Origin: Trichoplax adhaerens
Lineage: Eukaryota > Animalia > Placozoa
Reading direction: 5' to 3'
Length of the DNA stretch: 64,000 bases
Assembly (NCBI RefSeq): GCF_000150275.1
Contig: NW_002060943.1
Span: 6,502,299-6,566,298 of the forward strand
Position 1 is the stretch's first letter; the number at the start of each line of letters is the position of its first letter. The position numbers were made by a program, and so were the translations under genes. Below the pieces are notes generated by a model that was given only the letters and a program-made list of their open reading frames with translations, ran no database searches and was not told the origin of the DNA. Of this stretch, positions 13,996-28,574 are shown one piece after another.

Positions 13996-16900
13996 AATCA
14001 AAGAGTTATAGGGCCAAATTAGCTTCTGGCCTTTTTTTAAGTACTCGGTCATTAAGTCATTAAGATAAGCGCTTCGTACAAATATCTTCCTCAGTTTTTG
14101 TACCTACTGAATAAAAGAATCAATATCGATAAATTTTACTGCAACTGTATTGTCTGATCTTGTAGGCAATATCACCAAAATTGTACGTATGCATTAGAAC
14201 ATTAAATCTTGGGCTTGCTTCATAACTTCCTTATACTTGTCTTAAAATACTTAAGTTCTAGGAAAGGGTTGCTAGAATAAAGTAAACATCAAGCATTTAT
14301 CATGATGCTACAATATTATATTTTTTTATCGATGAGAAACTGATTATTAAATTATCTTCCCTATTTCTTCGCTCGTAAAAACAAATGGATGCATCATGAT
14401 GCTTAATGTATTACATAAACATCATTGATCGGGCTATATCAGAACCACCTCTTTTGCTTTTCAGATGATTAAACAGAATAATCTCCACTTATATACACAA
14501 TTAATTTACCTGATTTCAACGTAATGAAACTAATAAAACAGATATTACTGAACCATCTCAATTGCATCTTCATCAACAAACATTCAATTAGCAGGAATCG
14601 ATTTAATGGCTATTATGATACTTGTAAAATCGAAAGAGATTATTCTCCCGCAGTATACTATTGTGCTGATATTTAAAGTAAGATTACGCTATTAGGCAAA
14701 CGTTAGCCTATTTTGGATGATCATACCAAGCCATTTTGCTATGATTTACAATTTTTAAATAAATATCTTGAAGTTAACCACTTTCTATTTCTGCTTTTGT
14801 TAGCAACAAGAGAATAAATATCTTTCAGACTGATATTGGTGATACTTATTTACTTCTTTTGGGTATATAATAAGAAAATGATACAGCTCTGGAGATAATA
14901 TTGACATATATGTCATGCTTCAAGATACCATTGATCTGTAGAATAGTGTTGAGAGAGTTAAACTACAGAACTTTGTCTTTTATTACCTTTAAACCTATAT
15001 TTCTATCTTACTAGCTGAAAATAAAAGTGAAATTCAGTGCAATATCACGACTAGAGTTCTTTTAGGCCTTCTCTATAGGTCAGTGATTTATATATGTTTT
15101 ATATAAATATCTTGCTTCTTTTTACCTTAAAATCCAAAAAATTTTATTCTATTGTAAATTAGAAGCCTTTGTAGTCCCATGGGACATAGACAGATTGTAA
15201 ATCATTTTTCGTACGATAATTTCGATATTTTTCAATGCATAGTATAGAATTGACTAAAAGAGAGAAAAGAGAGTCGATGACTACAGCCGCATTAAAATAA
15301 TATCATTCTAAGCCGTTAAGTTGTGTAAGAAAGGAAAAAGCAGATAAATGCCATTTTTAATTTCCGCGAATTAATATCTAGACATGGTCTGGAAGCAACA
15401 CAATTGGATAGTAATCGACAGTTTAATAAACTATAGTTTAATTTATGTACAATACTAGATTGACTTTAATTAACGAACATTATTGGAATTATGTAAGGAG
15501 GAAATAGTATTCGGAAATAACTATTACTTTTGTTTCAATTATTATAATAAGTCCACTAAATATTGCCATTGGTACTCCACTATACATTTGAATCAATGAA
15601 AGAGTATTGAAGATAATAATTAATAAAGTTAATATTTTACTGAATTCTACATAATTTGGTTAAGGAGGAAGCGATAAATTTAAAATTTGAATTCCCTTTC
15701 TTCCATGAATAGTCACTTTTGATTACTTATTTATAATCGCCATCAATAAGTAATTTAGACAAACCTAAAGACTTCCCTTTTTGACTATTCTAATAATGTA
15801 ATCTTAATTCTAACTTTGAATAGTTAACAATAGCCAATTTTACAGTTATATTTATCTATCGATATGTATATATATATGATACATATTTATAGCATCGATA
15901 TTTGATTGGATAAAACTAAGATTCCAACATTTGAAATCAATTGTGCCATATATAGAATTTATATTGAATTAACTGAAATTAGTGAATAAAGCTAGCCTTA
16001 CCGTTAATTTTGATAGCGTTATATTTTAGTCAAAATTTAAACATTTCAAATTAAAGCATTCCAGTGTCAGGAATGAAATGGAGCTGCAAGCTTAAAATAA
16101 CTTACAAGCAAGAACTATCAACATAAACTATAGCCAGTTCTTACGATTTCCATTATTCATTTCTTTTATTCATTAACATCTCAATTTACGTTGGAAATTT
16201 CAAATCACAAGTATTTATTTAGCGTATATTGGTTTTGATGCACTTATCACCTCTACTGTGTACTGTGTATGATGTTAGCTTAAGATTTACTACACTTTTT
16301 GAACACTCTAAGCATCATCATTCTACAATTTTTACACTTTAAGCTATCAAAGATTGATTGAGGAGGTACCGTAGTTTATGACTCAGCTTAATTCAATTGA
16401 AAAATTATGCAAGTAGATATCGATTGACCATATACTTCAATGGAAAAATGCGTTTAATATTTATATAAATCTATACAGTAGAGTTTACTTGGATGATTAT
16501 AGACCTAAATATAGTTAATTTCTTAAAAGGTTCAAGATGGTTCATCAGTTTGTTGAGATGTATATCTGCGCCTCTATAGCTTTTATCTATACTATTTATT
16601 AAAATGGCAAATCACCAGGCTTGTCTATGCATAAATTACTAATAACAATATTTTGTGTATGGCCAATTTCTCTAATAATCACTTATTATTGAATATTAAT
16701 AATCACATACGATCAGCATTATACTTAATCTGGAACATAACGATAAACTTAAGTATTGTTAGCCGTAGCAATTGTAGTACTTAAGAAAACTGCACGTGAA
16801 GTTGTCAGTATTTTGCCAAGATTTTTTTAAAATAAACTAAACACCTCAAGAATGGGAGATATGTATATTTATTTCAGAAGTATCTTTAAATTAGGCAAAA

Positions 16901-17324
16901 TCAGTTTTTTAAACTAAAAAGGAATTTATTAAAGTCCTATTCGTAATAAAGGATATTGGTTTGTTTCAAGGATATATTCGAGTAACAACAGTGTGTCCTG
17001 GTAACATTCTACACTTTATTCCTAATCACTTAAATAGTTTTAAGATTAGTAACAAAGCTATACTTTTTCTTTTATTTCAAATTGATTAATAAATTTGAAA
17101 GATGCATTTAATTATGTTAAAGTAGGTGGCTATTGAAATACGTATATGTTATTATTTATAGTGCCATTTGTCAAGACACACTCAATATCATCGTACTTGA
17201 TTTATTAACCCAGTTATAATATCAGGCAATACCTTGCATTTTCTGCCAAATTTCTACTGTAGACAATAAGCTATATCAGCAAATAAAATGCATTTTATCG
17301 TATGATAATTTATGTTATCTACAA

Positions 17325-17695
17325 CGTTAGTCCATATGCAGTCCTACTAATACCTATCAGCATAGTGTGCCCCCGACAACAACAGTAACATTGGCACTAT
17401 ATGGAAGTATTACCCGTCAATAATAACTAAACTTGAAATACAATAATCTAGTTGTAGAAATACACAAGATATAGATTAACTTATTTATGAGATATGCTTA
17501 ACTACAACATGAGTCCGTACGTAGGCATACTAATGCCTATTAGCATAGTGTGCCAGCGATTAATAGTAATTGGAGTTCCGTAGAAGTATCATCCGTCAAT
17601 CATTATTGATCTAACGCTTGCTATCAAGCTTGAAATATAATTATGGAGTAGCAAGAACAGGCAGTGTGCAGACTAACTTATTGATATGCTTATTA
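17325..17695. repeat. Direct duplication, two ~180 bp units
   Basis: tactaat.cctat.agcatagtgtgcc, gaagtat.a.ccgtcaat and cttgaaata each occur twice. Confidence 0.8.
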
Positions 17696-17984
17696 TTATA
17701 CATTATTCCACAATTTAAAACGACCGTAAATTTAGGTTGTTAGTCATGGTAGAATAGCAGAACTAATTCATTATAGGGTAAAGGCAAGTGAATTAGTTAG
17801 ATCCCTGACATATAAGAGAACTGTAGGATCAGATCTTGTTCTATGCGTGCTCTAACTTAATTTTAAAATAGAGCACAAAGCGATACAAATTTAGACGTAA
17901 GAATATATGACAGCCAATTTTGTTTACTAGCATTCAATTTCAAGGAAATACTCTGTAATTGCTCACGAATATAGATATAAGACA

Positions 17985-18420
17985 ATGGTAATTTATCAAT
18001 TACGTGTAAGAAGACGGTCTCGATTGTTTCTGCCGTGATACCGGAGGTAAAAGTTTCGAGTTATTAACGAGAACCGATGCTGATAAATAGTTCGAGATAT
18101 CAGAAGATCACAGAAATATCGAAGTTACTTTTGACACTAAAGAGAGCTTGATAATTGATCGTTTACACGTAAGCAGACAGTCTCGGTAGTTTCTGGCGTG
18201 ATGCTGGAGGTAGAAGTTTCGAGTTATCACGGAGAACTAATCTTAATACACAGTACAAGATGCAGAAATAGCGAAGTTTTTTAATACTAAAGAGAGCTTG
18301 ATAATTTATCATTTACGCGTAAGCCGACAGTCTCGATTATCTCTACCGTGATATTGAAGGAAAAAAGGAGAATTGATGCTGATTACTAATTCAAGAAATA
18401 GAAGATCACAAAACGATCGA
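17985..18420. repeat. Tandem repeat, three ~150-165 bp units
   Basis: gtaag..gac.gtctcg...cgtgat...g.agg at ~18007, 18169, 18319; actaaagagagcttgataatt occurs twice. Confidence 0.85.
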
Positions 18421-20999
18421 AAACTCTCTTCGGTGTTATTTGATCACAAAAATGGATTTGTATCCTTTATGGCGACATTAATTTATTAAAATTCTCCGAA
18501 GTGATCCCTAAAACCGATACCCTATACAGCTTTAATCCATTATCACTTGACAGCTAGCTTACAAGGGCATTCTTTCTTCCAGTTTTATCAGAATTGAACC
18601 TTGCATTTTTTGCCCATTTTATGTATAGTCTATGTCCACATTGTATTGGAATAAGTTGAAGAAAAGTGGATAAAATTGTCAAGATATTCTATTTTTAAAT
18701 CGTTACCACCTTATGTCATTGGTTGTCGATTAAAATAACTTTGCTGAGTGGATCTATTCTTAGTTTTACTTGACAACCAAAGTTTTCAAGTTTATTCACT
18801 TTCTATCTTTATCCTCCACGATACAAATAAACATTGAATAATTGATAGAATGATTCTTGTTCAAGTTAGTCTTTCTTAGTTACCATTGAAGAAAGGCATA
18901 ACGTCCATTAATTTCAATTTATTCTTTTGCTTTCATTTTCATTGAAATATCATGATTATTCTTATCTTATGATTGGAAGATCAATAACAATATTAAATTG
19001 AAATGTATTGTTGAAATGATTTGATCTATTATCAAGTGTAGTAATAATAAGACGTTGAGAACAAGCAAGTCATTTGTCAATTGATAATTTTATTTGACAA
19101 TGATTGTATCGTCCACCCCCCTCCTCTCAAAAATCACATCAGTTTTATTCTAAAATCAATCAAGAATAAAATAGGAGTTATCCATGGATGACTTATATTG
19201 GTGAACATTAAATATTGAATAGTGGCAATAGGTTGGATCTATTTCAACTTTCAATACAGCACACCCTAAAATTGATCCATTCAATCAAGGTTAATTATGT
19301 AGGCATCAACAATCGAATTAAGGAAATTCAATTCAATGCACCAATAAAATAGTAACATCTATAAAAAGAATAGGTTGAAAAGGTAGCTGGTGATAGAGTT
19401 GCTTGTCATTCTTTTATTTAGCCTAGAATAGGGGATTGGGAGTTGATATTTAAATACCTTGATGTTGCCTTTAAACTAAATTGTTGACTAAACTGATCGA
19501 GGGTACAAAGACCTCGCTCATCATCCTATTGATATTACTCTACCAGCCAAAATAAAACTTGTGCAGCGTCGATGCTCTTAGATTCCCTACTGATCATCAT
19601 TTAATCCATTTCAACTATCTCTCCTTCATCCTCAACTTAATTACTAAATAGCCAAACTTACGGAATAGCTTAGGCTAACTCAAATTTGATCTTTTTGAAA
19701 TAATTAAACATAAAATAGCGCTGTACATTATTCCTGGATTGGATTACAATCGAGACAAGAACGCTGAACAATCCACCAGTCATTGATTTAGCTTATCAGA
19801 TTAGCTTGGCCAAGACGACGTCAAAACGATCCATTTTTCTTCAAATTTTAGTTGAATATTATCGCCGACAGCTGATTCTTGCACTGAACTACTTACCAGG
19901 ATAGTATTCTAAGTTTCTTTCGTCGAGCGAGTTAATAGTGCTATTTAGACGATTAAAAATACCTTCGTCGTTTCATCTAAAAATAACTTTACACTAAAAA
20001 CTTTTAGCTTTTTCTGTAACCTACACCTTCATTCATTATACCTGATATTACGTGGTTGGCAGATTATATGACACAAGTATAGGTCCAAAGAGGAAATTAC
20101 ACTATAATACTGTAATATTCTATTAACTCCTACCATTTAGCTCTATATCATTTTATGATTATTACCATTGGCTTCGTAGTACGGGTTACATCGATTTCAT
20201 TCATTGATCTTTCAACTTTTCTTCGCCATCACGATCCGTTAACATTTATTCAAATTGATCAACATAAACTGAACTTGTTCAAGGAGAATGGTAAGTTTTA
20301 AATAGAGATCATAACAATTTTAAACGATCAAAATAAAACCTGTCCATATCAGAATAAGTCAAGATCAATCAAACCTGCTATTTTTTTTTATCGCTGTCAA
20401 GTGAATAATATCTCTTACCTCGTTCAATGACTATAATTTTCTGAAGAAAAGCATTCGACTAAATAATAATGAAACAAAAAGCACTAGAACGATTGATTTT
20501 AGATCTCTATATTTGAAATTAACTTATCAACTATGATCAAATAAGCGTCGAAGTAATCGTTTTCCAGGGTACCATTTCAATTTCAAATGACTACATACGC
20601 ATATGCATGATATTTTACAGCCTTTATAGAGATCTAGGTTACGATTAATAAATTTCTAATTTATTTAGTAATGTAGAATAAAAGATCGCTTCTAACAATA
20701 TTGATGATCAATAAATTTTTGACAAATTGACCACATCAATATAATGCCAATTTTAGTAAGAATTATGACAGCATTATATCGCAAATACCGATGAAGAAAT
20801 ACAATATAATTTAATTTCAAATGGCTAACGATAAGGCAAATGGAGTTTAATTTAATTTTCTAATAAGGCCCTTGATTACTAAATGGTAATCTTTTCCTAC
20901 TTACGATACTTCTTACGAAGGTTACACACCAACGCCGAGCCCTATAACTTCTGATCTATACCTGTTAACCAAGGATTGTAATATGATGTAAATGCTACC

Positions 21000-21200
21000 T
21001 TATCTTACTAATTTAGCAAACACTTCGGTCTCCTATAAAATATCCTATTTAATAATTATCTACTAGTCTATTCTAATTCAGCAAAACATTAAGTCCCCTA
21101 TAAAGTACTTTAGTGAATATTCGTCTACTAATCTATACTAATTTAGCAAACAATTTAGTTCTCTAGAAAGTATTTTAGTAAATATTCATCTACTAATCTA
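21000..21200. repeat. Short degenerate tandem repeats (~65 bp)
   Basis: tctacta.tctat.ctaatt.agcaaa recurs 3-4 times. Confidence 0.7.
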
Positions 21201-24200
21201 TACGTGTGTGAACTATAAATTATTGGGCATTATTCAATTCGATAGTAATCTATTGCTAAGTTTTTAAACATATACTTTAGTATTAATTTATTGATTATCA
21301 AATGATACCGCCACAAACTGCGCGTTAAGCAGTTATTTTAACATTAAAGTTGTTTCATTTTGGTCTTTAAGTTATAGCAGCCTAAAAAGATAGTCTATTT
21401 CAACTTATGAATTCGTAGCAAAGAATCGAAACCTACTAATGATTATATTGCCGTCGATAGTATCAGAAAGGATATAACGGTAGACTATCAACCTAAATTG
21501 TAACTACCATATTAATAAGGATGCAAATTTTGAAGTCTACACAAATCTCTCCACGATATCGTCAACTCTATTCGATATTTACTCCCAGCTCAATTTTCTC
21601 TTCATGACTTCATCATTTCTGAGTTAGAATAGCGTAAGAATAAGAAAAATAAAATCGTTTACTTATAAATTACCGGTATGCACTATTTGTACATCATTTT
21701 CATTAATTAATACCGAGGTCGTAAAAGCTTATCGGTAGTTCTAATAGAATCGCTTAGACTTTTAAGCAATGGCGTTAGACTACTCATTTTAATATAGGGC
21801 TATCTGTATAGGATCTACACCAAATTTAAGCCATCGTAAGAGTTAGAAAAAAATTTAAAACCAAGTACCATGCTTTGCGATGGGGCTATTCACTTATTTC
21901 TTGATAGAAATTGGAGTAGATATGAAATTTAAGCATCTTATGGCTTTAATAAGATCATATAAATTCATATTGCTCGTTTCTTTTCGTCTACTTTTATAAA
22001 TAATAATAACAATCCTATCTGTTGCAACAACTAGAAATTAAAATAGATATAAGGGTACATTTTATTTTTCTTTCTTGTTATTTCATCTACGGAGCCTATT
22101 GAAAGCTTCGACTTCATATGTTGTTAACAAGATCAAGTAAATTTTATAATACTTTCTATTTTCGCCTATTTTTTTACTCGTAATTAAAATTCTAAATCTT
22201 CTTCGTGATAACTTAGATAAGTATAAATGGTTTATCTTTCATAAAACTGAATGTATCCAGCTCTCTTCACATTGATTTCATATCAAGGGTACAGAAATAG
22301 TTAGCTATAAAGGTGTCATTAGTTAACGGACATTAGCAAAACTACTAATTATATCGGGTGAAATTATTGCCATGTCCTATTGTTGATGTGAATCAAGTTT
22401 ATTACTTGTTAATCAAATAGAATAGCAAGGTTACTTTACTACCAAAGCACTATTTTAGGGCAAATGTTACTTCTTGCTTTCGATTGCAATCGTACTAACG
22501 ACTGAAACTTGGTTATGCTGATTTGACTGATAATGATACGATATTATACCTTTTGCAAGTTGACAATTATTGCCAAAGGTTTTACCGAACAATACTAACA
22601 TTTGAACTGGACAAATGATCAATTTAAACAAGAAACTACGACAGGATGAGGTATTTTACTATCTATGATGCTATTGACATGATCATGGTATACTGGAAAT
22701 ACTTGAAAATTTAATATAATATATAAGTGTAATGCTGATATAGCAGTTTTGTGTTAATGTAATCGGAGGGTGAATCAGATTTTGGGTATAAAAATTAGCA
22801 GACAAGATGACAAAATAACAATAAGATGGAAAGCTAGTTATAATCCTAGTAGGAAGATTTTTTCCTGTTCTATGTATAGTTAGCCAATACAGCAATAGTA
22901 CCCATAGTTACAATCAACGACAACGGTTTATCCAAAGTCAACAGTTATAAGAAAAGGAGTCATGTATCTTTCCTGAAACATCATTTTTACGTCATATTGC
23001 AGTCATTTTAAGCATTTAGAACAGGTGATGTAGAGAACTTTTGATCAATAGCTAAAACTGAGGATATTATTCTTCATTTCTCTTTGAAAAATAGCCTACG
23101 TATGTCATTCTATTTATTTAAAGTTGTTATTAAAATTAAGACTGTGACATCGATAAATCCATAAGAATTGCTATAGTTCCTTAAGTATACCGGTCTAATT
23201 ACGTCATTATGATCGTTCTTTCTTGCAAGAACTTGGATAAATTGTCATTATTATATACTTTTCAGCTTTCCTTTTATAAGTATAATTATTAGATAACAAT
23301 ATTTAGTTTCTTCCGGGTCACAAAAATTCATTATCTTAAATTTACCCGTACGTATCCATACAATGGGATTGGAAAAGGATCATCATTTTTTTTTAACTGA
23401 TTATGCCTTTCATTATTTTATTCTTAAACTACGGATCTATATTCAGCTACGGTAGAAGTAACATTAGGATATTCGATCATCATAATTTACGCTATCTATT
23501 ATGTATGCTTAGTGACTACCTTTCCTGTGCTAATATCTATTCATTTTAGCTATCTTGGTAGCTATGAAATATGTTTATACTAATGGCAGAGAGTAATTTT
23601 AGTCTAGAGGGATTGAAATATTGCTTCATGCCTAATAAAATTATCTGCCAATGATATCCAATAAAGTTCAAAGAAATAAGCAGTACTGTTGCTATCAATA
23701 TCATTAGTCTCAGTTATTTTGCGATACCGCAAAATCTGCAGTTTTAGCTAAGCTGAATATCAAAGCATGAGCTATATCTAGGGCAGCTCAATTTTCATAT
23801 TATTATTGTAAAATTAAAGTTATCCTTTGTATGTATTTACGCAGTATTATGGCATAAAATCTATAACGGACTTAAACTGTAAGCAACCAAGAAACGAATT
23901 TGACTATTTGCACGGATAAAATTAAGAATGATTGTTAGCAGACAAGAATGATATAATTTTAGCATCTTGGAGACTGAAATTCGTTTCTAATTTGATATTA
24001 TAATCATGGTTATTTCTTAATGACTAGGATATCAGCTATGAATAGGTGTAATAGCAATGTATTTCGTATACATACGGTTAAATTGGTCTTTTACTTTGCG
24101 TCTTTAAAAGATGCATAACGATTATATAATTTTAAATTAGAATTTCTCACGAATAGAAAAGTTTATAAAACATATATAATTTATAAGTATTACCACTACT

Positions 24201-27200
24201 ATCACCGTGCGGCAACAATAACTTCAAATACTCTATTTTTAAAGATTCTCAATGATAAATAGTATCGGCTAATGAAAGAGTTATAACATATTACAGCGGT
24301 CTACACTACAACTATTAGCTCTTTTTCACAAAAACTTTTTTTCAAGTACAGTAATTAATTCCTATCATCCGTAATTCATTATAAAGGACTCGTTTTATTA
24401 TTCAAATTATTCTAGAATGTTTCAATAACTAAAAATGTTATGAGTATAAAGATAGTAAGAAAGCAAATGCCATTCCTAGTTGTTGAAATCGATCTATTTT
24501 ATCCCTTTTGGAATCTTTTATTTCTATAGCAATAGCAGTAAGAATAGGTAAAGTAGCCATGATTAATATTGGTGAATACAGGTATTAATGATTGACGATT
24601 TATACGATTCTGAATTGAAGATACATCTATAGGAAGTGATAAAGGCACATTACCTTCATTTTCATGTAGTAAAGTAGCAGGATAGAAAAATAAATTATCG
24701 GGATCAAGCAAAATAAGAAATATTTTGTGTTTAACTATAGAAATCACATATCAATACTGAAGGAATTTTGAAAAGAAATGATTAAGAGCAATAAACTTCA
24801 ATATTTTACACGGTACAGTGACTATATAAATAAATATCTGAAATCACACCGAGAATAGTATAAAAATTGTATACGAGTATTATTATCATTTATAGCGTAT
24901 AGTAATGCAGGAGGAACTTAATTAAAATTGTGGACGGATAATGAATATGAGACAATAGATGGAAAGTAATCTAGAGATATAACCTAGTCATGCGAAGATA
25001 ACATAATTTTCTATATTATTGATAACGGAATCCCCATTAAAAGTAGAGAATACGTTACTAAATGGAGTTGGCCAACTAGTCTACTATTGTTAAACAGTAG
25101 ATTTTAATGTCTACTTAAATCTTGACTATTACTAGTAAAATTAGAGAGATCGAACTAAAAAATAATTTCAGTTTCAAATTTTTTGCAATATCGAATATCT
25201 CGTCGTGCCATTTTTTAACATAAGCTTCTGTTACGAAGCTATTTAACATCAATTCTTACACATAGTAATAGAATATCAATGTGCATGAACACACTTCGAT
25301 AATCTACACAGTATCTATGATTGTAATATACAAATTTGATGTATAATATTTTAAAAGTAGTCATAATGCCGTTATTATGTAGATAACGTCCGCTTCTTAT
25401 GTTCCTACTTTGTTATGATGACAATGAACATTATTTTAAAGCTACTAAATCGTAGAAAATAATTATACGAGTGTTATGTATTGATAACAGAAAGCTCAAT
25501 TTACACATCAAGCTAGCTTGCTAATCATATCAAATCAATTATAGAGATAGCACATGTATTAGCAATCTTATCAAATAGATTGATTGTATAATTGAATTGT
25601 TTCTTGTCTCCATCATGTTGTTTATTTCAATCTACTTACTAATTACTCTGGCAGACTAGATAAAAAATTTTCTATTATTCATTTCCATTTTAAATTCAGA
25701 CTGCCTGTCTCGTCATTATCATAAATTGATTCTTCCTTGTTTATTTGCTAACTAGTGCCTGATATTTTGAACTTGTCAATAGCTCTCTAAATCAATTTTT
25801 TCAAAGCGTATATAGTATTAATGATCGATGACAATCCTAGCTATGAATATATTTCTCCATGATTGATATAAATTATTACAAATAATCAAAATGCAAATTG
25901 AATAGCCCGTTATAAATAATTTTTAATTTGTTTTCATTACAATTCAATGATCCATTAGAAAGGAATTACGTAGATCAAGGTATTCTTCACAAACTAATGA
26001 TGGTATAGGCGAAATATTATAAAACTCAACTTTAATAGTATTGATATCATATAAATCTATAAGGTCAATCAGATCTATCATACTCAAGCATAACCTAATC
26101 TAAATTCATATATTGTTAGCCGTTCATAGCCAATCCTTTGTCAACTGTTTAAATTGACATCATTTTTTATGAAATGGATATAAAAAATGAGAAAGATGAT
26201 GTTGATGATGAAATAATTTTCGTAATAATAATTTGATGTTGTCAACATGTTGAAGTGGGAACTAATAATATTTTATTACTGTTTTTAATTTCTATTCAAT
26301 AATAAATAACAATGCAATAATACTTAGGTATCTAGAATGACATCAGACAATTATTATTTTCTTATTTTAATGATAATTGTTTTCAAATTATTGACAAAAC
26401 TTACAGATAGATCATGTTTTAGTCACCTTAAGGCATGATTTGCCTGTCTAATAATTATTTTTAATCACATTCTCAATCAATAAGTAACTTTAACCCTATT
26501 AATCAACGATCGATTCTCTTGTCATATCAAGCCCAAGGTAGCAATGCTTATCGTTATATTTTATCCTGTTTCATTATTCTTAATATATAGATATAAAATA
26601 ATAATAATAATCCATTTGGATTTTATATCAACTGCATACAAGACTTTTATCCAATCGTGTTCATATACTTAAAATATTACGGTGTACGGAGTATGATCTT
26701 TGCTATTCCTTATTATTTCTATCCTATCAATACATTTCCTATTAAACCTCGAATAACAACCCGATTATAAGCTCTAAAGCCAGTTTATGCCTTCGGTAAA
26801 AGATTAATCTTATAAAATTATAGAATTTACATTGTACATCTTTAAACTGATGCAAGATTCGATCCTTATGTTATTACTTAATTTGTTTGCTTCTAAAGCA
26901 GCAAAAATTTAGAATTCCAATTATCCGTATTTCTATCTTTTATCATCTCGCTGTCTTTAATCGACTTCAAGTTATTAGTGCGACAAAGTAATCCTTAAAC
27001 TATCTTAGTATTGATATTAGTATTAGTTTTCAAACTATAAACCAATTCCAATAAGCTTGGAATCGTTTCATTAAGGTATCTCCAAATTGGCAATTATTAA
27101 AAGTTTATTTCAGATTAGTGTACATTATTCCATTTTCTTTATAATGTGAAGAATTGAAACGTAATAACACAGGCACAGTATCAATGACAGTAAACTTTAA

Positions 27201-27683
27201 GATCCTTCGCCATTTGGGAATAAATCCATGGCTATTATTTCTGATGATCATAATCATTTATTCTTGACTCTTCTATACAATCTAGTATTAAACTTTGGCT
27301 TTTCGATGATTAATGACAATATAAGTTTACTCAAGTTAGAATTATCCTTGTTTCCTTTTGTCAGAATCAAAACTACCAATCTATTTCTACTTCTGTACTC
27401 GTTATCGTTCATTACCAACCATAATGAAATCTTTTCGCAATGCCTTGAAATGTTAAATGATAGTTTTATTCCTATATTAGGTCTTTCTCATACTGCAACT
27501 ATAGTTAGACATTTTACGTGTACCATTTGCGTAAAGGTTTCTTTCACTTTTTATGCCTAATTGTTTCCTTCTGGAATGATTGATCATCATGAACTTTTGA
27601 TCGACAGATCGTTGAATTTAAAGTATAATATTTGCTCGTATCTACGGCCCATATTAACTCTTTTCATGAATTGCTTCCTTTTC

Positions 27684-27890
27684 ATGGGAGAATTTACGAT
27701 CCTTGTCTATTGCAATTGAAAGTTAGGAGTAGAAAGGAAAATAAATGATCATTTACAGTATAGTATTTACTCACATCCATATCCTATATTTAGCCTTTTC
27801 GTAAATTACTCCATCCTGACGGGAGATTTTACGATCAGTTTCTATTGGAGTTGAAAGTCAGGAATAGTAACGAAATTAAATGATCATTTA
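27684..27890. repeat. Direct duplication (~135 bp period)
   Basis: gggaga.tttacgatc...ctattg...ttgaaagt.agga.tag...taaatgatcattta occurs twice. Confidence 0.8.
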
Positions 27891-28574
27891 TCATTAAATA
27901 TTCTCAAACTAAGTCAACACTTATTGATTACTCCAAAAATGGCAATGGGAGGAAATTGCCTCTACCGTAGTATAGGAAATAGATTCTATCAGTACACCAC
28001 CCAGGAAGTTGCAGTATTGACATGACTACCATAAGTATAGATCAAGATCGTACTAGCACATGTAAACAACATTTAGCAAATATCAACAACATCATACTTG
28101 ACATACCTCATTTTGAATTCTACATTAGCAAAATTATCGCTTAGGATACTATTAATTTCAATCTTCAGCCCGTGTCAAGATTGACTATTTTTTCATATCA
28201 GTTCACTAAGCTACCAAAGTATTTTATCGTGTAAGTACAGATGTTGAACAAGGTTAAAAAGGTAACGACTATTGCCGTGTAGATTAAGAACCATGGCATT
28301 CCCTAACAGTGATCGTCATAGCTAAAGAGCAGCATTTGGCCGTAATTTTATTATAGACTGAAATTGCATATAACAGAAATAGCTCTAGAAATTATACTAG
28401 ATTCTCCATCCTATAGAAATACTGTATACAAGTATTTCGGGCTTTTTTTAATGATTGGCATGACTAGTATAATATTGATTTTAATACTGTTGTTTAATTT
28501 TAACTATGATTCTATAAATATATGCATTTATATTCAATTTTATATCATTTTCTTCCATTTTAAATAGTGTAAAA

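Noticed and set aside
26880-27600. 110-aa plus-strand ORF and stop-poor antisense frames
   Set aside because: No recognisable domain in the frames translated; composition typical of AT-rich noise
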